The position numbers and the translations under genes were made by a program. Of a stretch of DNA of 64,000 nt, positions 53,349 to 64,000 are shown piece after piece. Source of the DNA: Eledone cirrhosa (lineage: Eukaryota); the NCBI GenBank assembly GCA_964016885.1, contig OZ024751.1:50282001-50346000 (forward strand), given 5' to 3'. The notes beneath the pieces were generated by a model, which saw nothing but the letters and a program-made list of their open reading frames with translations, was not told where the DNA came from and ran no database searches. Each line of letters starts with the position of its first letter. Positions within the stretch are counted from its first letter, which is position 1.

Positions 53349-54752
53349 TTGACAGATTTAATTGGTATCTTTATTTTGAACTCTTTGAATCGGAAAATTC
53401 CTCAATTTCGCGGTGGAATTTATCGTGACGATGGACTCTTTACTATCTTAAATTGCAACATAGTTAACCTTAATATTATTAAGAACAATATACGTAATTT
53501 CTTTAACCAACATAACTTAAAAATTGAATTTGATAACTGCATCAAACTAGCTAATTTCTTGGATGTATCTCTTAATCTTGACACTGGCCTATATTACCCT
53601 TACCATAAAATCAATGAGAACCTAAATTATGTTAATTTTAAATCTAACCAGCCCACTAATATTAAGAATGCTATAGTTAGTAATATTGGAAAAAAAATAT
53701 CCAACCTATCTTCTAATAAAAACATATTTGATGCTAACGCCAATTACTATAATAACGCGCTTTCTAAAGCCGGTTATCCTGATAAAATCAAATATAGTAA
53801 AGAAACAAATTCTAGAAGATCTTACAGTAAAATAATTAATAATAATCATTCCAATAACTTTAATAAAAGACCTAGATACAAAAACATAATCTGGTATAAT
53901 GCTCCTTTCTCCATCTCTATTAATAATAATATTCCTAAATTATTCTTTAGTGTCTTAAATAAATGCTTCCCTCCCTCACATATCTATAGTAAAATATTTA
54001 ACAAACACACTATAAAATTTTCCTATTCAACCTCCTCCAACATTATCTCTAAACACAACAATAAAATACTAAATACTAAATCTCTTCCTTCCAACACTGA
54101 ATATCATAATAATAGTAATAGTATTCCCGACGTCATTGTTAACTCTAGGCTAATTTCTGCAAACCCAAATACAACGTCAAACGCAACTTCGTTAAATGTT
54201 CTTAATCCCATTCTAAATCAAGAAACTATTATTCCTATCGTAAATAACTTCTCCAATCCAATTCCTTCTATAGATAACACTAGGTCACTTGTTAATAACT
54301 CTGTTAATTTCTCTAATCGCAACTGTAATTGCCCTGTTAAAAATAAATGTCCTCTCAACAACCATTGTCTTGAAAAAAGCTTAATCTACGAATGTAAAGT
54401 TATAACTGACACCAATTCCTTTACCTATGTTGGCTCCACTTCCACCTCCTTTAAAGCTCTTCTTTATAATCATCATTCGTCTTTTAAATACCAACTTAAA
54501 AGAACCAACACAGCACTCTCAGAACTCATATGGTCCTTGAAAGACAAAAATATTAACTATAACATCTCTTGGAAGAAGGTTTGTTCTGCTTCTCCATACT
54601 TGAATGGTTCTCTATCCAAGACATGCAATCTCTGTTTATGTGAAAAATTTACCATTATATCTAATTTAGATTCTATAATAAATAGACGCACTGACTTGTT
54701 TTCTCTCTGCTTGCATAAATTCCACAGAACATTCCATAAAGTATACAGCTAA
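53349..54752 (+). CDS. PLE3 RT C-half + GIY-YIG endonuclease (open frame, 5'-truncated, no ATG)
   Basis: TDLIG, GGIYRDDGL, NFLDVSLNL, CNCPVKNKCPLNNHC, LIYEC...YVGSTSTSFK, CNLCLCEK. Confidence 0.85.
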   Translation: MTDLIGIFILNSLNRKIPQFRGGIYRDDGLFTILNCNIVNLNIIKNNIRNFFNQHNLKIEFDNCIKLANFLDVSLNLDTGLYYPYHKINENLNYVNFKSNQPTNIKNAIVSNIGKKISNLSSNKNIFDANANYYNNALSKAGYPDKIKYSKETNSRRSYSKIINNNHSNNFNKRPRYKNIIWYNAPFSISINNNIPKLFFSVLNKCFPPSHIYSKIFNKHTIKFSYSTSSNIISKHNNKILNTKSLPSNTEYHNNSNSIPDVIVNSRLISANPNTTSNATSLNVLNPILNQETIIPIVNNFSNPIPSIDNTRSLVNNSVNFSNRNCNCPVKNKCPLNNHCLEKSLIYECKVITDTNSFTYVGSTSTSFKALLYNHHSSFKYQLKRTNTALSELIWSLKDKNINYNISWKKVCSASPYLNGSLSKTCNLCLCEKFTIISNLDSIINRRTDLFSLCLHKFHRTFHKVYS

Positions 54753-55723
54753 TATCTAATACTTTACCAATTTAAAATCCTTTTCTCAAAGGCACATATA
54801 TATATACATATATATTTCTTTAAAAATATACCCATCTTTCTACCTTATTTCAATGTTATTTATTATACATTATATAATACTAGTTACTCATTCTATATCA
54901 CTCCTATTTATCACTTCCCTTTCTTTCTTTTTTCCTTTTTTCTTTTCTTTTTTTCTTTTTCTTTTAATTTCTAACCTCTAATCTGTACCTTTTCTTCCTA
55001 GATACTTCTCAATTCTCATTATTACTCAGCACAATATATCCTTACTTCATAATATCACCTTGAAAAAATCCTTCGTAAACATAAACATTTTTTTGACGTT
55101 AGATTATTCATCCTCAATTCATTCTTTTTTTCTCCCTTTCATGCTCATCTAACTTATACATATTACACTTATTCATCCACTCTTCTACTTCTTTTCACAA
55201 TATATCCTTAATTACATTACTATTCTTATATTTTTATATTTTTTAATAATACATATCAACAATTTCTTTCCATCGCACATATTATTAAACCCTTAAATAT
55301 TATTCTTAATACATATTAACAATTTCTTTTCATCGCACATATTATTAAACCCTTCAATATACAAACCTTAATTTAACATTATTCTAAAAGTTTTCTCTTC
55401 GTTAATTTTCAAATTCTTTTAATTTATATATTATCTTCCAACGGTTTTTTTAACCTCTCTATGTAAAACAATATATTTTTCTCAGTTATAAAAGCTATCT
55501 CTCTCTCTCTCTCTATCACCCATTTCTCATCCTATCTCAGCCTTCCTCATTATACTCCTCCCCCTCCACTCTTTACTCTCATCTCCTCCTCTTTTTCATC
55601 CTTTCCAACCCCCCCTCTCAATTTTTTTCCCAATATCACACATCAATCTAAAACTACTTTTCATATGTTAATTTAAAACTGCACTATTCACAAGTGTTTT
55701 TTAACCTTCATATCATGTTTCCC

Positions 55724-55794
55724 TATTTTATCTGACGAAAACGCAAATGTTATTGCTTGATGATATTTGTTTTTGAAATGCGCATAATAAAATA
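55724..55794 (+). ncRNA. Type-I hammerhead in the PLE3 3' UTR
   Basis: UAUUUUAU-CUGACGA-(long stem II)-GAAAUG-CG-CAUA-AUAAAAUA; 8-bp stem I and palindromic stem III. Confidence 0.8.
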
Positions 55795-55917
55795 CATGCA
55801 ACTCTTTTAACCATCTTTTGATCTTATATATTATGTATACTCCAGTCCTACAAACTGTAGAGTGCTACTTATCCGATATCTGCATTGCTTTATTGTACTA
55901 CAATAAAACTCACCTCC

Positions 55918-55956
<39 letters not shown>

Positions 55957-56337
55957 ATCATCATTTGCAGTTTTCCTTACAAGCAACTATATAGATAATT
56001 ATTAATTATATATGTGTGTGTGCGTGCGTGTGTACGTGCCATGTGTGTGTAGCTATATATGTTGGAATGTCTGAGCAAGTATGTGAATGTCTGTATATAT
56101 GCGTTTGCTTGTGTGTGTGTGTGTGTGTGTGTGTGTTTGTGTTTGAGGTTACTAAATAAGAAATTTAATAATTTACAGTATTAAATATAACGAGGCAGCT
56201 GGAGTGATAATAAAACGACATTCCTCACACAATAAAATGGTCCCACAAGGGGAAGGGAGAGGAAGAGAGGTTATTTCAAACCTGCGGTGAGAAATAAACA
56301 GCCAGTTTCATACTCATGCAAACACACTTATACGTGC

Positions 56338-56370
<33 letters not shown>

Positions 56371-56373
<3 letters not shown>

Positions 56374-56773
56374 TTCAAAATATTAACAAAATAGATATTC
56401 TTGTGATCAAGTATATTTTATTATACATATTTCAGAGGTACTGAGTTAACTTCTACAGTACGTCCTCATCAGATAAAATAAGATGATGCATGACATAGAG
56501 ATGGTTAAGATTCACTACCATAACTGAATCTTAACCATCTACTATGTCAGGGTATGTCATGCATCATCTTATTTTATCTGATGAGGACGTACTGTTGAAC
56601 TTAACTCAGTACCTCTGAAATATGTATAATAAAATATACTTGATCACAAGAATATCTATTTTGTTAATATTTTGAATTAATATTAATAACTCTGGAAAAC
56701 CTTTTGTGTTGAGTGCTTCCAATCTATTGTAAAACTCATTCTTTGATTTATTCCTTGAACCTTGTTTAACTTT

Positions 56774-56778
<5 letters not shown>
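56371..56778. mobile_element. Non-coding fold-back element with a hammerhead in each arm (56414-56480 -, 56570-56636 +)
   Basis: 56371-56514 is inverted at 56524-56680, with a ~100-bp tail. UAUUUUAU-CUGAUGA-GGACGUACUG...CAGUACCUCU-GAAAUA-UG-UAUA-AUAAAAUA. TA-flanked. Confidence 0.85.
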
Positions 56779-56834
<56 letters not shown>

Positions 56835-56873
56835 TGTTATGCTTTGGGAGGGTCATGTATATATATGTTTGTG

Positions 56874-56904
<31 letters not shown>

Positions 56905-56924
56905 AGAAGTGGATGGATACTTCA

Positions 56925-56997
<73 letters not shown>

Positions 56998-57001
<4 letters not shown>

Positions 57002-57121
57002 GAAGTCACTGTACAATACCATATTTTCATCGTTCATATATTTAGCTCTGCGTATATTAAAATCATTCTATCAAGAACGTTTAGAAAACAGGTGCATATA
57101 TTTATATTTATAGGTGCATAT
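56998..57121. repeat. Microsatellite-flanked dispersed repeat, second copy at 61777-61879
   Basis: TTATGAAGTC.C.GTACAATA.CATATTTTCA...TTTAGAAAACAGGTGCATATA is shared. Confidence 0.75.
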
Positions 57122-57126
57122 ATATA

Positions 57127-57320
<194 letters not shown>

Positions 57321-57339
57321 CATATATACATATATATAC

Positions 57340-57393
<54 letters not shown>

Positions 57394-57615
57394 ATGTGTG
57401 TATATGTATGTGTATGTGTATATATATATATATATGTTTGTGTGTATATGTGTTTTATGTGTGTATATTTATGTATGTATATGTATGTATATATGTGTAT
57501 ATATATGTATATATATATATATGTGTATATATGTGTATGTATGTGTATGTATGTATGTATGTATGTATGTGTATGTATGTATGTTTATGTATATATGTGT
57601 ATGTATATGTATGTG

Positions 57616-57742
<127 letters not shown>

Positions 57743-57743
57743 A

Positions 57744-57777
<34 letters not shown>

Positions 57778-57823
57778 GTTGTGTGGGCAGGTGTGTATAT
57801 ATATGTATATGTGTGTGTATATG

Positions 57824-57894
<71 letters not shown>

Positions 57895-58043
57895 ATATAT
57901 ATATATATATATATGTGTGTATGTGTATATATGTATATATGTATATATGTATATATATATATATATATATATGTGCGTGAGAGAGAGTGTGTATATATAT
58001 TTGTGTGTGTGTGTGTGTGTATGTGTGTATGCGTGTGTATATA

Positions 58044-58094
<51 letters not shown>

Positions 58095-58175
58095 ATATAT
58101 GCGTTATATGTCTGTATATATATGTGTATATTTATGTATGGGTCTGTGTATGTATGTGTATATTTGTATATATAT

Positions 58176-58230
<55 letters not shown>

Positions 58231-58318
58231 TTTATACATATGCATGTGTATGTGTGTGTGTGTGTGTGTATATATATGTGTATATGTGTGTGTGCGTGTA
58301 TATATGTGTGTATATATG

Positions 58319-58375
<57 letters not shown>

Positions 58376-58437
58376 GTGTGTGTGTATGTGTAAATATGTG
58401 TGTGTATATATATATATACATATATATATATACATAT

Positions 58438-58515
<78 letters not shown>

Positions 58516-58696
58516 CATCATTTCTGAGGACGGCATAAATATGTGAAGGTAAGTAGATTTCCTCTGATAATTTGTAATATTTTTACATAGATCTTAAACA
58601 TGATATACATACCAATACACATATACATCCCAGAAATGATCATAAAATGATGAATTGTTTTAATATAAAGAACTTGTTCTTTGTTTTTATTTCATT

Positions 58697-61092
<2,396 letters not shown>

Positions 61093-61096
61093 TATA

Positions 61097-61467
61097 TTAA
61101 AGGGTTAAACAAGATTCAATGAGTATATCAAAGAATGAGTTTTACAGTAGATTGGAAGCACTTTATGGAAAATAATTTTGCAGTGTTATTAATATTAAAA
61201 TACAAATATTAATAAAATAGATGTTCTTTTGATCAATTACATTTTATTATACATATTTCGGATGTACAACAGTACGTCCTCATCAGACAAAATATAATGA
61301 TACATGACATATCCTGAGGTGTTAAATGGTTAAGATTTAATCATGGTAGTATCATGTATCATTATATTTAGTCTGATGAGGACGTACTGTTGTACATCCG
61401 AAATATGTATAATAAAATGTAATTGATCAAAAGAACATCTATTTTATTAATATTTGTATTTTAATAT
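61097..61467. mobile_element. Diverged second member of the 56371 fold-back hammerhead family (HHRs 61241-61293 -, 61365-61418 +)
   Basis: The tail at 61097-61195 is homologous (reverse complement) to 56680-56778. CUGAUGA-GGACGUAC-UGUU-GUACAUCC-GAAAUAUGUAUA-AUAAAAU. Confidence 0.85.
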
Positions 61468-61489
61468 ATATATATATATATAATATATA

Positions 61490-61780
<291 letters not shown>

Positions 61781-62649
61781 GAAGTCTCCGTACAATAGCA
61801 TATTTTCAGTGTTTATATATTTAGCTCTGCGTGTATTAAAATCGTTCTATCAAGAATGTTTAGAAAACAGGTGCATATAGTTAAACACTATTCGTAATTC
61901 ATAAAATGATTTATAACAATATTTACTTAAACAAAATAGTTACTCCACCTTTCTTGTGTGGAAACATCTAAATATTACTGGGGTTTTTTTTAAACTAAAC
62001 CTGATTCTATAGAAAACTTAGAGTTGAAGATATAGGTTAGGTGAGGTATAGTTCTTGTGGAATATGGAAACATCTAAATATTACTTTTATTTAATTAAAA
62101 CTTATTCTGTAGATGACTTACAGTTGAAGTTAGACGTTAGGTGGAAATATCTAAATATTAATGTTTATTTAACTAAATCAGATTCCATAGATTTGTTGAA
62201 GATAGACGTTAGATGAGGTGTAGTTTTTGTGGAATTTGGCTATTAGAAATAGCAGGATGAACTGACAGGTAGTGACTCCATTGTCGAAGGAATATTACGT
62301 GTATTTTGATAAACCAAGATATTCAGGATGAATAACTATTTCCAATCCAGGGAGTGTTTGATGAGATAAGATTTTCATTTCATATCATGATTGATAACCA
62401 ACGAAAATTCTACATACATATAAAATGTTCAAACTGACATGGTAACCACACACACAAACACACACAAATATTCACATAGTCTCGTACACACATACACCTA
62501 TCAATGTCTCCCTAAAAACTGGTGTCACAATAAAAATGCACAGTAAAGCAGTAATGATGGTGCCACAAAAGCACCCAGTCTTCCTTGCAAAGTGGTAGAA
62601 CCAAAGTAACGATAATATGCTCCCAGTTTACACTATAAAAGAAGGATCG

Positions 62650-62842
62650 ATCGCCTTTTTTCAAATCGGACCGAGGAAACAATGTTTCCGCTGGTCTTTC
62701 CAGTGACTAGTACAATCTATCGGTCGCAACTACAGGTAGAAAGAGCAACGTGAAATATAGTGTCTCGCCCAGTCCAGGAATCGAACTCACAACCTCAAGT
62801 TTGTGAATCCAATTCTCTAACCACTCAGCCACACACCTTCAC
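62650..62842 (-). mobile_element. SINE family C copy
   Basis: Homologous to 17010-17200. Confidence 0.7.
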
Positions 62843-63191
62843 TAGTAAGTAGTTGATATTAGGAAGGGTTATTCTTCATTTCACGAACCAAACCCAAACC
62901 GCCATTGATTCCATAGAAGTCGTCACGGTGTTGTCTAACATGTCCTTCAGCATCACCAACAGTGATGTATTTCAAATACCATAGAACTCAAAACATTCAA
63001 CCATTAACTGAATAAGCACTCAATACTTGTGGGTAGAGTGTACATTTTATTTTCAAAGCAATGTGGCAGTGACGTCGAAGTATCAGCTTGATTGCTTTAT
63101 ACTCACACACACACACTCCCTCTCTCTCTCACACACACAGACACACTCTCTCTCACACACACATACCCTCTCTCTCTCATACACACATACC

Positions 63192-63223
<32 letters not shown>

Positions 63224-63301
63224 CTCTTTCGCTCTCTCGCTCTCACGCATACACACTCTCTTTCTCCCTCTCTCTTTCTCACACACACACACACAGAAAC
63301 A

Positions 63302-63373
<72 letters not shown>

Positions 63374-63499
63374 GAAGCTGAAAGTATCTGGAATTGTAAT
63401 TTTTTTCCTAATTTAAAAGAAATATTTGAACAATCGAGAACTTGAATTTGATACTTTTCTCTAAAATCGTTTCCAGAAATTTTAGGCTTCCAATAATAA

Positions 63500-63660
63500 T
63501 AACAATAATAATAATAACAATGATAATGATTTCTACAATAAGCACAAGGCCAGAAATTTGGTGGAATGGAAAAGTCGATTAAATCTACCCTAACGCGTGA
63601 CTGGTACTTTATTTTATCGACCCCGTAAGGATGAAAGGCAAAGCTAACCTCGGCGAGATT
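63500..63660 (-). mobile_element. 5'-truncated SINE A with (ATT)n tail
   Basis: CTGGTACTTTATTTTATCGACCCCGTAAGGATGAAAGGCAAAG.TAACCTCGGCG. Confidence 0.8.
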
Positions 63661-63876
63661 TTTAAAATAATAGTAATTATATATATATATATATATCTTC
63701 ACTATCGCTTCTTTCCCTTGTGGCTTTTTGATAGATAAAAGGCTATGGGCACGCTACGGATAGATATACTGTTTATAATGCGCCGAATATAATGCTGTTT
63801 ATAATGCGCCGAATGACGAAGGGGAACTGTCCATCTCTTGTTTGTGTCGCCTTACCTTCTAACACTATATATATAG

Positions 63877-63912
<36 letters not shown>

Positions 63913-63950
63913 TATATATATATATAGATAGATAGATAGATAGATAGATA

Positions 63951-64000
63951 TATTTCTTTATTAGTCACAGGGGCACAAAAGAAGGGGACAAATACAAAGG
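63951..64000 (-). mobile_element. 3' end of a Tx1-like LINE beside (GATA)n (runs off the window)
   Basis: TATTTCTTTATT...GGGCACAAAAGAAGGGGACAA matches 42113-42155. Confidence 0.5.

Larger units (their letters stand above)
53349..55920 (+). mobile_element. Penelope-like retroelement 3 (5'-truncated, ~1.15-kb 3' UTR with hammerhead, ends in (TA)n)
   Basis: PLE ORF, pyrimidine-rich UTR, HHR at 55724-55794. Confidence 0.9.

Noticed and set aside
58520-58560. CUGAGGA...GAAGGUA hammerhead-like motif in a TA-flanked segment
   Set aside because: GAAA is broken and the stems are weak; it may be a decayed HHR but cannot be supported.

Overview
Eukaryotic (metazoan) AT-rich genomic DNA saturated with (TA)n, (CA)n, (GA)n, (GATA)n and trinucleotide microsatellites. 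The SINE and microsatellite profile resembles cephalopod (octopus-like) DNA; this is an inference from memory, not a search result. Most ORFs in the track are microsatellite artefacts. One host gene exon is visible: a minus-strand C2CD4C-like C2-domain protein (45379-43626) with a 1-bp frameshift and a GT splice donor. The rest is mobile DNA: four 5'-truncated Penelope-like elements (PLEs; RT + GIY-YIG), two with long inverted terminal repeats; a CR1-group LINE; RTE-, Tx1- and Ingi/Vingi-like fragments; an internally deleted RTE derivative; several tRNA-derived SINE families; two hAT MITEs with 8-bp TSDs; and three minisatellites. The most striking signal is about 15 type-I hammerhead ribozyme (HHR) motifs from at least 7 sequence families. 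Most lie in short non-coding fold-back (palindromic) elements, usually in or beside (TA)n tracts. A ~120-bp element with 8 copies has a fixed 5' end and a hammerhead-like fold with a non-canonical core. There is a 200-N assembly gap at 42524-42723.
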